Shown: positions 12,482-24,835 of the stretch, in pieces | Layout of the letters: each line of letters begins with the position of its first letter | How positions within the stretch are numbered: position 1 is the stretch's first letter | Source of the DNA: Batkoa obscura | Taxonomy: Eukaryota | Direction of reading: 5' to 3' | NCBI GenBank assembly: GCA_030770535.1 | Contig: JASVEC010000024.1 | Span: forward strand, 744,001 to 804,003 | DNA: 60,003 nt | The notes under the pieces: generated by a model | What the model saw: the letters and a program-made list of their open reading frames with translations, nothing else | Database searches by the model: none | Told to the model about the DNA's origin: nothing | Program-made: the position numbers and the translations under genes

Positions 12482-14420
12482 GGAATAATAATACTTTTAT
12501 AATTAGAACTTAAAATCTTAGGAATTACAAATAATTATAATATATATATGGTTACTTTAGATTTAAAAGATAATAATCGAAAGATATCTAAAGGAAAAAT
12601 CTTTACGTATAATGAAATAGATCAAACACCTACATATATTTCTTTTTATAGTAAACAAGCTGAAAGTATACTCCCCACTCCTATTGATATGAAATCACCA
12701 GAGCAACAAGAGCCAAAAGAAATATTAGAAGAAAAAGAAAATGAAGAAAATAAAGATAACTTAAGTAAAAAGCCAACATGGAAAGGATTAAAAGATATTA
12801 ATAATGCTGCTAATCGATTAACTAAAAAATTTACTATTACTGGTAATGGTAAAAACAAAAGTAAAGATTCCATGCTAGCAAAAATTGTATCGAGGAAATC
12901 AAGTGTACAAAGTATTAAAGAGGATAAAAAAAATGAAAGTGGATTGATAGAGGAAAAAGAACAAGTGGGGGATTTGGAAAAGAAGATTGAAAAAGAAGAT
13001 GAAAATCAAATTTTAATGGATAGTAGTTTGATATCTGAAAAAGAAAATTCATCACCTCCTTCCCCTACCCTTTCGTTGGACATTAAAAGTAAACAAAATA
13101 GTAAAGAAATCTCATCTATCCCCTCCTCACCAGTAGAAAATAAAATTAAACAAATGAGTAAAGATAAGAATAATAAAGAGATTCTGACTTCACCTTCCTC
13201 CCCAGCCGAGAATAAAATCAAAACCTTAAGTAAAGATGGATTAGATCCCAATGATTATTCCATTATATGTTTTGAAACTAAAATCATTGTTCATAAACAT
13301 AAAGATAAAAAAGTATTGAATAAAGTTACGGTGGAAGAGGATAGAGGCAGAATTTTAACAGCTAAATACGTTAGAAATCACGGTAAGTTGGAAGTTTTTT
13401 ATTATGGAAAATGAGTTTATTGACATTATTGAAATTTTTAGAGAATGATATTTTAGTATGTTTAACCTCAAAAGGTTTTGTAGATGTTTATGATTTACCT
13501 GAATTAAATTTTATTCATAAAACAGAAATTCCATTATCTGAAACTTATAAGTAAGCCAAGTTTTATTTTAATAATAATAATAATAATTTTTAACATTTAG
13601 TCTTAACCAATGTACTATTACTCCCGATGGCCGAATATTTGTAAATATTAATCCATTTGAATTGAAACAATATTGTTTATATGAAGATCATGATGCGTAA
13701 GGATAAAATTTGTTTTTTTTATAAATTTAGAATTCAATAATGAATATTAAAAATAATTAGTTTAAGTAGTCCCTTATGTTCCAAAATTCAGCTATATGAT
13801 CCAACCAAATTTTGTCCCGAATTACCAATTGAAGAGATACCTTGGTATTCTTTAGCTTTTAATAGAGTAACAAAAGATACGATTATAAAAATTTGTAAGT
13901 TTTAAGTTGATTTATTATTATTAAATTTGACAACTAACCGATTGGTTAATTTCATTTTTATTTCAATCCACTTTTAGTTGAACGTCATCGATCTATTGAT
14001 GCTAAACCCATTGATCGAACAAAAAGTAATCGCTATGTAAGAATACGGAAGTATTCGGATGCAGCTCATAATTGCCCACTCATTTGTGGAGTTCATTCCA
14101 TTGGTGCTAGTCAACCTAATATTCATTCCTCTAAAACATCTATGAAATCACAGTTAAGTGAAAATAATAATGATCTTACCAACTCCAATTCCAACTCTAA
14201 ATCAGTAATAAATCCTAATAGTCCAATTGATAAAGAAAAACCAAAGACTGGATTAGCTGCTATGTTATCTCAAACTACAGACAAATTAAAAGAAAGGGAA
14301 GATAAATTAAGTAATATTGAAGAAGCTATGAAAGACACAAGTGAGGCTTCAAAAGATTTCTTAAATCAAATTAAAGCTTATAACCAAAAACAAGCAAATA
14401 AAAAATGGTATCAGTTGTAG
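10076..14420 (+). CDS. SRO7: Tomosyn/Sro7/Lgl-family WD40 protein with C-terminal R-SNARE-like coiled coil
   Basis: N-terminal YGFPG...CPIQKLLAIGTSTGRV; WD40 repeats (WNPKGNYFVTGYDNGWLIFWD, LLTSHQDGAVRLWD); C-terminal LKEREDKLSNIEE...KKWYQL. Confidence 0.85.
12448..12480. repeat. (AAT)n microsatellite inside a tomosyn intron
   Basis: Directly visible; the flanking exons join in frame (ANLN-E-LKILG). Confidence 0.85.
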
Positions 14421-14848
14421 AAAAAGAAGAATGATGAGGAAAGATAGGATAAGTGTATGTTTTAATGAGTTTATAAATTTAAAATGAGATTGTTTTTAGT
14501 ATTTGTTAAATTAAAATTTATATATCACAGTTTTTATAATAAACTTTGTTATCAATTTGATATAATTATTTTAAGTTAATTTATAATTGTCAACTATTTT
14601 ATTATTATAATAAAGATAAAAGGTTCTATTTTCTATTTATTTTATAATTGGGTTTAATTTTTTTGAATTAATATCCTATTTGATTTGCGTAAAAAAAAAC
14701 TTAATATTTAAACTATCTTAATATTTTAATTTAATGATTTTATCTTTAAAACCTAATACATGGTTTATAAATTTAAATCAAAAACACTCTTAAATATTAG
14801 ATTTAATACTAAAATAACATCATCTCTCATTCCATCCTCAAACATAAC

Positions 14849-17800
14849 TTATTTAGGTGAAGGTGCATTAAAAGTCAGCCCAGAAATCCCAAGCGATGAT
14901 GACGACCCGCCAAGTGAAGGCATAGGGCCAATGGAAGCGGTAGCAGTCACATAATGCATATTATTATCATCTAGAGAGTTACCATTCGAAATCGGTCTTG
15001 TCTTATTTTCAGTTTGTAAATTAAAATCCTCTCGACGAATGCCTAATAACCTTGGTAAATCGGCCTCAAAAAAATCTTGGCGACATTTTAAATAAGGATA
15101 AATGGAAGAGATATCCAAATTAGCTAACATACCACTACGAAGCAAAGAGGGGATACTGGCTGGATTATCCATAAATAACAAGTCAGCAATCTCTTTTAGA
15201 ATCTCAAACCGGGAAGTGAGTTCTTCCACTTTAAGATCTCGAATAAGACCTTGATATTGAGAAATATCTAAAAATAATAACATACCACCATTAGGAGATA
15301 CAGTAAATTTTTTAAAATGTTCTAATAATAAACTAAAAAAATAAAAATATAGATTAATATAATTTCATTTCAACCTTTAAAAAAATTCATTACCTATGGA
15401 CCCCCGTACCCAATTCTACATAATATGATTTTAAATTAGCACCTTCAAAATGAAGTTTCGCTGCTTGAAATACTTTTTTTAACACATCTACACATTTTCG
15501 ACAAGTTTCTGTTGGCATTGAAAGCATTTCCAAATCTACTGCATCTTCTGGTATTTTATAAGTTAATCGATTTTGTGAATTTAAGGTGACAGAAATCCAT
15601 TTTAAAATTTGCGAGGTTTCTTCGTGAAGTATGTTATTGATGGAATTTTCCAATATGGACATTAATGAATTTTTTTTAACTACTACTTCTCGATAAGAGG
15701 GTGGAGATGACGACACAAGAGGTAAAACTGAAAATTCAAAATGTTTTTGAATTAATTGCATAATATGATTAATTTGTTCCGCTAATTCAAATGAATGTTT
15801 TGTTTCTTCTATATTAAATTGTCGATAATCTCGATGTTGGATTTCATTTAAAGATCGATGAAGTATACTTTCTAAAAACTTCCCACTTAAAAAATCAATT
15901 AAGATAGCAAATAACTTATTTGAGTAACTATGTAAGTCCGATGCTGGTGCTAATTCTGCACATCTTCCCATTGCTTCTCCATGAATATTTAATATATTGA
16001 TAACAATATCAATTAATCCAATGGTTGATGAATTATCTATATTTCCATTTTTTCCATTAAAGTTTTCTTCATTATTATTATATCCAAGATTATTTTGGTG
16101 GTTTAAATTTTGTGTTCCAGAAATAGGTGAGTTAGAATTAGAATTCACCATATCTGCTGCTTTAGCTAATCTAGCAAACATACTAGGTTTGACTTGAGCT
16201 TTATTATTTTCGATTGATTTAGACCTCTTTAAAAAATAAGGTTCAATTAATGTTGGTAATATATTTTTAATATAGTTTTGTTCTAATTCCAAATACCCTT
16301 TGGGTACAAAAAATTCTTCTAGCCATCTTTCAGCTGTATTAGATACTTCTGTATATCCTCTATCTAATGGTATCCCTATATCAGCATTGTAATTACTATT
16401 GTTAATACTCTCAATTCCATATGTTGAATTTCGATCTTCCTTTTTGTTAGTTGTTCGATTCTTTTTTTGTAAATAGGGATAAATAAAATGACGATCAAAT
16501 TGTTTCAAATCGGATACTAAATTAGCTGTACATGAGTGAGTACTTGATAGTGTTCTTAAATAAGCTAGTGGAGATTTTTGTTCTGCTTTATCAAGTAGTC
16601 CTTCTAAATATTGATCAATCTATAATTTAGCTGAATTAAAATATTAATGTTTTGTTGATATTAATTAATGATTACCGATTGATTAAATATTCTTTCTAAA
16701 AATTGTCGGATAACAAATAAAGCATTTGGAAATACTTTAGAAATAATATCCCATTCTTTAGCAACTACACCACGAACCTCGCTATATAATTTAACCATCC
16801 ATGGGTCCGGTGGTGGTGGAGGATATTTGGGATTGTTAATTTGGGATTGTTGGCTATTAAATTAATTATTGTATTGTTATTATTGAGATTCTCTTTTAAA
16901 GTAAGACTTACGTTTCTAAAGAATGTTTAGCCAATTCAATTGAGGATTCTCTTAATTTTCTTTGAGACATAAAGAATTCATGTTGATTAATGTATGCTTG
17001 CATACATGAATTTCCACCATTGAAATCAAGTAAAGTTTTAGAACATGACTAATTATCATGAATATAAATTCATTATTTCTATTTACAATTATACTTACTG
17101 CCATTGTAGAAATATCTCCATTAGTATAAGCTTGATCAAAGGTTTCTAAAAGATCTTGTTCTAAATTTTCGTTATATTTTTCGATTGTAATTCTGGTCTA
17201 TTTTGAATACATTAGTTAATAAATTCACTGACTTTTATCTCATTGAAAACTCAAGAATCTAAAATTTTAAATAAAAGCTTACCTTTTCCATCCCTGGAAA
17301 ATCAATTTCTTTGGATATGTTGCTTAATTTTCTTGCAATTATAGCTGCCTTTAATTAAAAATATTAATTGTTATGTTAATTTTGAGCATTTGTTTTGAAC
17401 CTTAAATATTATTATGAAATAACCTCTGTTATTTTTAAAGTCAAATTTAATATTATTTTCATTAAATGTTCCTTCTATCAAAAAACAATAACTTACTTTA
17501 TACTGGCCGTCAGGACCTTGAACGGATCTCATTTCTTCCAATTGATTACATTGTCCATGTTGACTAAACTCAAGAAAAAAACTAAATAAATCTCTAGCTT
17601 GTAACAATCTTGATCTCTGTTTATCAATCGATTCCAATTGCTGACCAATTCTAATAGCTGTATTCCCTACTTCTCCAATTTGACTTTCTAGAGATTTACT
17701 GGATATTTGAACCTCCTAATAGAGATCATTATTATTATGTTTTTTTTAGTTCGTTTTAGATTTGTTAATGGTTTTGTGGTGGATTGACTTACTTTGAAAG

Positions 17801-18228
17801 AGTTATTGAGATTGGTAAGATGCTTGTCATGTTCTTTTTCAGCTACTGAAGTGGCGGTTTCAAGTTCGACAATTCGAGTTTTAACTGTGTTTTGTAATGT
17901 TTGTAAAGTATCTAAAGCATATTCAAATTTTCTTATAAATGGTTTAGCAACAAACTCTTTGCCTTTTTATTTAGAAAATGTTGTTGATTTAGTTTATTGA
18001 TTAGATAATAGAATGATATACTTACTTTTATAATCCTTTCTAGCATCTGTTACAATTGTTGAAGATAAATCATCAATAAATTTTTTACTGTCAACTTCGG
18101 ACTAGTTAAAGAGTATTACTAATTATTGCCTTTTTATATATTGTTTTTTTACTTACATAAAAATGCTCAATTGTTAATTTTTCCGAAATACTATTATCAA
18201 TACTATGAATCGTTTGTGCTTGTTTCAT
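14849..18228 (-). CDS. SEC10: Exocyst subunit Sec10 (multi-exon)
   Basis: KPFIRKFE, EVGNTAIRIGQQLESIDKQRSR, LLDFNGGNSCMQAYINQHEFF, HFKKFTVSPNGGMLLFLDISQY. Confidence 0.9.
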
Positions 18229-18350
18229 AAATAAAAAAGAAATTGAATTTTTTTGAATAAATAAGCCACTATTTTAAGTATTAAAATGGATGGTTGGTTA
18301 GTTATAGCTGGAACTAAAACAAAAGTTTAGAAATTTCAAGATTTACTATT

Positions 18351-18450
18351 TGGGAGTGTTTTTTTAACTTCATTATTTTTTCGATTTTTTAAGTGCTGTT
18401 TAAGCGGAAAATTTGTTAGTAAAACTCTTAAACATTAAAATACATCCCCA
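18351..18450 (-). mobile_element. MITE-like element
   Basis: TGGGAGTG...CATCCCCA, 100 bp, about 120 bp upstream of the SEC10 start. Confidence 0.8.
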
Positions 18451-18586
18451 TTTTTTGATAATAGATTACTATCTTTTTTTAATAAAATTGTGTAGATTTA
18501 GTTATAGCTATATTTAAATGTTAGCTTTGGTTTATTTGTTATTATATATCTCAAATTAAATTATGGTTACTAATAATATATACATA

Positions 18587-18641
18587 CGGGGATGTCTTGA
18601 TTAGTTTCAGAGTTTATTAAAACTTAATTTAAACATCCCCA
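18587..18641. mobile_element. 55 bp mini-element with the same TIRs but a different core
   Basis: TA|CGGGGATGT...ACATCCCCA|TA. Confidence 0.6.
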
Positions 18642-20268
18642 TATTATTGTTATTATTGTTATTATTTAACTACTATTCTTTATAGTTAATAATTTAAAAT
18701 AACTGAAATATTAAACCAGTGCTAAAATTGATGCTATTATGAAATATCGCTTTGTCAGTCCCATGGTTAATTATAACATAATAATCGCCTAAGCTGTTGT
18801 GTTCTCGAGTTCAGAGAAAATCAATCCCACATTCTTAGTTTGATTTGATATGAGATTTCTACGTCTCAAAGAATATTCTCCCCTCGTTTTGATATTTATA
18901 CTTATCGGAGTATAAAAGAGATTCTAAAACATAATATCTTGAGGCTTTTTAACTGAACTATGCCTTGATATCTCGTACATTTAATAAAGCCACTAAGTTT
19001 ACTTAATAGTATTTTACGTAGATTTTACATTAGTATTGTCTATTCTATTTGTCTTATATAGCTTGTAACCTATTACGTGCTATTCCTCATAATCCAAGTC
19101 TATCTCAGTCACATAAACTAAGACCTTTCGACTTATAATGTAGTCAATAAAGCAATAGCTGTTTTTGACTCCAACACTGAGTACCAGATTTCACACTGTT
19201 AAATAATACAATCTAATGTTTTATAAATAAAATAATTTAATTCATATTTATATTACTTTTTAAATTAACTCATATTTTAACTTTATTATTAATATTATAT
19301 TTAAAATTTCAATTTGAATTGTTTTTAATGTTATCAATAAAGATAACTTACTTTTTCTTCATTTTATTAATAATTGGTTCCTAATTGAATAATAAAGATT
19401 TTAATATTAATTAAGGGCTAATTAAAACAGATAATATAAATAATACAGATAATATAAACTACATTCTATTTTCATTTGATTTATTATATTTAGTTTCATT
19501 GTGAATATTATAATTAGTGATATTATTGCTATTATTATTATTATTATTATTACTATTGCTATTATTTTTAGTTAAAAAAACTAATATAATTTTTTAATTT
19601 GACATGAGGGGAAGGATGAAATAGATCACTAATTGTATTATTGGAAATAAAAAGATTAATTGATATTGGCGTAAATAAATTATATAATGAAAACAATTCT
19701 TCAGTGGGTTCAATTTATAAGATCTCTTACTTGGATATACTATTAAGATATTATCAATAAGATATTATTTGTTTATTAGTAGTTTACTACCTAATGTTTT
19801 TTGCTTTGGATACAGTTTTATTAACGAATAGACCATCATTATTAATCAAATTCAATATCAATTTAATAAACAAAAAATAAAATTAGAATTTTTATACTTG
19901 TGTAAAGACAAACGGTTTTACTCTATTATAGCCTAAATATCCATTATAAATATTGAATTTATTATTATTATTAAATTATCCCATTATATTCTACATTTTT
20001 ATGGTTAAATTAAAGGTTATTAATTAATTTTATTAATAAAATAGTTCAATATAAAACTTCAATTTTTTATTGTTCTAGTAATACTTGTTAATAGTATTAT
20101 TTTTATTTTAATAATACCAATAGTAACTTTATTAAGTTATATTACATAACAATAACAGCTACTATTGCTATACCAAGAAATTATCAAATAAACATCCTCT
20201 TTCTTATATTTTATTATAGATCATCAACTAACTTACTCTACTCAAGAAAGGTCAAGAAATAAAACATA

Positions 20269-20368
20269 TGGGGATGTGTTTTTGTGTTTAAGAATCCTAC
20301 TAATAACCTTTCCACTCAAATAATGCTTAAAAGAGTAAAAAGTAATGAGACCAAAAAAAACATCACCA
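20269..20368 (+). mobile_element. MITE-like element
   Basis: TA|TGGGGATG...CATCACCA|TA, 100 bp. Confidence 0.8.
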
Positions 20369-20638
20369 TATTATTCACTTAAAATATTGCCGATATCAAG
20401 TAAAATTATGTTCTAAATTCTTATTTCGTGACTGTTCAAAATAACCTTTTCAAATGCACTAACTTAAATTAGCAAATATCCAAAAAAAGACTTCTAAAAG
20501 ATACGATTTCCAATCATACTTAAATACTATCGATGACCTAATACTTTTATTGAATTAGCTAAGATTTTTTTTAAAAAAAACTATAAAAACTCAAAATTCC
20601 AATTGATTTTTCATTAAATTTTACTAACTTTAACCAAT

Positions 20639-21890
20639 ATGTTACAATTAGAACGACGTATTGCTATCGATGCCGTAATACGAGCCTCTAAAATTTGTCG
20701 ACAAGTGTACTCTCAATTAGTTAATGAAGATACTGTAATAAAGAAAGATAGATCACCAGTAACTGGTAATACTTTTGATCCAATAATTTTTTCATGCAAA
20801 TAATGTCAATTTTATACAGTGGCTGATTACTCTGCTCAAGCAGTAGTGAATACTTTATTAACTGAGTATTTTCCTAATGATCCGATTGTGGGAGAAGAAG
20901 ACAGTAAAGATTTAAAATCTTCTAGTGGAGCTGAGTTGTTAAAAAAAGTTACTGAATTGGCAAACACAGTATTGGATAAAAAAATAACTTCAGAACAAGT
21001 AATTTATAGTAGAATTTAATAATAAAAAAGACAATTTTAATCTCTTATTTTTATTAAGACAATCACCTCGATAGATCGTGGTAATTTCATTGGTGGTTCT
21101 AAAGGTCGTTTTTGGACCTTAGATCCAATAGATGGTACCAAAGGATTCTTAAGAGGTGGCCAATATGCTATTTGTTTAGCTTTAATTATCGATGGTAAAG
21201 TAGAATTAGGAGTAATGGGATGCCCCAATTTATTAATTAATCCATTCGACAAAAATTCAAGTAAAGGCGCCATTTTTATTGCTCAAAGAGGGGAGGGGGC
21301 TTATCAGGTAAATACAAAGCGGATTTTTGATTTTTTTTTTAATGATTTTTAAAAAATTAGAGAGATTTGGATACCCCCAATAACATAATAGAAGCTAAAG
21401 AAATATCACTCGATATGAACAAGTTAGATGCTATTGAATCAGCGAGATTTTGTGAATCCGTTGAAGCTGGTCATTCTTCTCATGATAAACATGCTATTAT
21501 TGCAAAAGAATTAAATATAACTACTCCACCCGTACGCATGGATTCTCAATGTAAATATTCTTCAATTGCTAGAGGGGATGGCGATATCTATTTAAGATTA
21601 CCAGTATCTTTAGAATATGAAGAGAAAATTTGGGTAGGTGAAATAATCAGATATCAAATTACTATTATCATTTTATTGCATGACATTTATTTTGGTTTAT
21701 TTTTATTTAGGATCATGCATCTGGGAAATTATTAGTTGAAGAAGCTGGTGGTAAAGTAAGCGATGCTTATGGTCAAGAATTGGATTTTTCTCAAGGACGT
21801 ACATTGAAAAACAACAAAGGTGTAGTGGCTTGTCATGCAGAATTTCATGAACAAGTTATTAAAGCTGTTAGTAAAGCTTTAGGAAATTAA
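20639..21890 (+). CDS. MET22: 3'(2'),5'-bisphosphate nucleotidase (Hal2/Met22), 5 exons
   Basis: DRSPVTVADYSAQA, PIVGEED, FWTLDPIDGTKGFLRGGQYA, RMDSQCKY, EKIWDHASG. Confidence 0.95.
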
Positions 21891-22220
21891 TAGTATAGTA
21901 ATAGAATCTTTGATTATAAAATGGTATTAAAATTGATTCTGTTGATTTTTAATATTAAATTAGTCTAATGTTTTGATTATAGGTTGGAATTTTGTATTAC
22001 GTCTTTTATTTTTTATATATTCTGAGCATATAAATATCCAATTACAATTCTATTATAGGTTACTTTTTATAATAAAACATCCATTAATTCTGTTTTAACA
22101 ACTATAATATAAAAACAAATGTCTTTAATTTGAACTATTTACTTTAAAAGATATATTAATTTTGCCTTTTTAAACCCATTTATTTACCATTTTATTGTAT
22201 TAAAAATATCGTCCACCAAC

Positions 22221-24075
22221 TTATTGCTCAATGTTTGCCAATACCTTATCAATAAATCTACCAAATACTTCATCATCCGCTTGTTTCAATGCATTTAAAT
22301 CTGCCTAAAACAATCATTAGTGTCAAACAGAATAATAGTTGATAAGAACTATTAACTTACTTTGAACTGAAGTGTATTACTATGATTATATGTTATCTCC
22401 GTTGTATTAATTAACAAGTTAAAAAAATCATCTAAGAATAAATAAGTAAAGTGGAATTTTATAATAATGATATTAATTAAATTTACCATCTACTTTATAA
22501 TCTTTAAAATTAAGGATACATTGAGCTATACCCGTTAATATTTCGGGAGCATAATCGATAATTCTAATCAAAAAACAATAATAAAATAATAACTAGTAGC
22601 ACACTCAAATACAATTACCTATTAGGACATAATTTGATCAATTTAATCAAGTTATTACACGCTAGGGTAGGTATCTCTGTAATAAAATTACCCTTTCTAA
22701 TCCAAGGAAGTTTTACATTCTTCAATGAAATATTGATAAATTTCTAAATCAAAAATAAAATATTAAACTTAACCCCTGATTAGCCTCCCACCACTACACT
22801 TACCTCCAACAGAGCATAAACGGTGATTCCCATTCTATCTATCACTTTATTTAAATAACTTAAAACAAACCGATTGTTCTCAATTAAATTAGCTTCTACG
22901 CTATTTCCTCGTGTTAATATAGTAGTTATAATATAATCATACAATTTATTATAATATTCATTATCTTCATTATTGTACATTTTATCGAAGATTGATAACA
23001 TTGTATCCATTGCATAGTTAGAATTATCTTTTTTATCTGAGTTGATGAATAATACATTATTTACTAAAACCTATATTAATAAAAATAAAATAGTTAATTA
23101 ATAGATTTTTGTATAAATTTAAATAGAATAATATTATGATAAATTGACTTACATTTAAATAAACATCTTGTAACCCTCTTGATTTTAATAGTGCTAAATT
23201 TTTATTTTTAAATAGCAAATTAATACTATCAATACCCCAAGTTCTAATTGTTAAATTCATATCTTGTAATAATACTAAAGAGGGTGGAATAATTAAATGG
23301 ATATTATCAGCGATATAGAGATCCTAGTATTGTTTTTTTAAAACAAAATTATATAATTTAGTTTTCTGTTTTTAAATTCAAACTTACCTGTTTCAAAATC
23401 CATTTATAAACGAAATAATATCTTAAATCCTCTTTCCAAATCAAATTATCAAAATCTCTTGATTGCTGAATGAGGGTTTCTTTATTCTCAAATATTCCTT
23501 GAATTTCTTTCTTACTTTCAAATTGAGTTCGAATATAATTGTTCAATAATGACATTATCACCAATGGGCTCTTCGTTTCTTTTTCAAAATCAGGAACTCG
23601 CTGAATGATTTCTATTCAATTTTTATTAATTATGAAAAAGTCCATAATAATAATCTATTTACTCTCTGTTATTTCTCTTACTTTTAAATCATTGTAGTAT
23701 AATTGGTAAGGGATGATACATAATATTAGTTTTTCATAGTAAGCTGATAACATCTCCTAGAAAATTATTAATCAAATAAATAACAATAGTAATTAGTATA
23801 TTTACTTCTTGAATAACAAACTCCAATAACAGCCCCAACTGCTTAAGAATCTTTGTTTCAAACTTTATCTTATTTTCAAACTCTATCTCTTCAACAACAT
23901 ATTCACTTGGCAATCTCAATTTATTATAAATCTCGTTCAATTTTTCCTCGTTTGAAGCATCATCATCTTCCACCTCAATACTGCTAATAACCTGAATCCC
24001 TTTAAATCCCAAATTTTGATCATCTTTTACTAAAGTATCACTTTTATTTTCTTGATAAATATTGAATAAACTCAT
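22221..24075 (-). CDS. Hypothetical multi-exon protein, likely helical
   Basis: A chain of minus-strand ORFs with GT-AG introns, from MSLFNIYQENK to ...ADDEVFGRFIDKVLANIEQ*; no family recognised. Confidence 0.65.
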
Positions 24076-24124
24076 AATTAAAAAAACTTAAAAGTATTTC
24101 AAAAAAAATTCTATCCAAAAAAAT

Positions 24125-24676
24125 TTATTTCTCCAAACTCTTTAAAAATTCTTTCGCTAATATAGCCACTCTAGCCTTGGCAGCCATCGTTGGATCTAAT
24201 TTAATACTTTTTAACACCAAACCAATTTGCTTCCCGCTCGTTACTCCCAATTCTTCAACTGTTTTTTTAATCTCTATCAAAATCTCAGCATCTTCTAATT
24301 GCTCTGGGAGATATTTTTTCAATACTTCCACTTCTTCCAATTCACTTTGTACCAAATCTTCTCTATTACCAACTTTATATTGTTCAATCGAATCCATTCT
24401 CTTTTTGATTCCTTTTTGGATAATACTAGCTACTTCAGCATCCGAATTAATCACTTTAAAGGGCATAACACTTTTCTCGGCATAACCAATGTCGGAAAGG
24501 ACTGACTTGATCACCCCAAGTTTACCACGTTCTTTGTTACGCATAGCGGATTTCATATCTGTTTTAAGTTGCACTAATAAGCTAGGTTTGGCATCAGAAT
24601 AATGACGAAGGGAGGTGCGTAATAAAGTGGGGAGTGTGTTAATACTCTTTATGGTATATTGGAATAGACGTACCAT
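24125..24676 (-). CDS. AIM41: YqeY/GatB-like mitochondrial protein (Aim41)
   Basis: Basic, hydroxylated N-terminal presequence; LKTDMKSAMRNKE, KKRMDSIEQYKVGNREDLVQSELEEVEVLKKYLPEQL. Confidence 0.9.
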   Translation of the reverse strand: MVRLFQYTIKSINTLPTLLRTSLRHYSDAKPSLLVQLKTDMKSAMRNKERGKLGVIKSVLSDIGYAEKSVMPFKVINSDAEVASIIQKGIKKRMDSIEQYKVGNREDLVQSELEEVEVLKKYLPEQLEDAEILIEIKKTVEELGVTSGKQIGLVLKSIKLDPTMAAKARVAILAKEFLKSLEK

Positions 24677-24835
24677 TTTTATATCAATTTTTATAATAAG
24701 TGTTGATTGATTAGTTTTTTTAGAATTTGAATTTCGATACCTGATGATAAGCCAATGAAATAGAAGTAGTTATTTTTTTTGTTAAGGGACTAATATTCTA
24801 AATATAAAAAAAGTAGTTTTATTTTTTATTTTTTT

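Noticed and set aside
12646..13251. Antisense hydrophobic ORFs (also 4647-4832, 6072-6338, 11127-11336, 15997-16197, 24177-24505, 27624-27857, 29953-30219, 49099-49284)
   Set aside because: Shadows of genuine genes on the opposite strand
18700..19200. Slightly GC-richer intergenic tract
   Set aside because: No ORF, motif or repeat partner recognised
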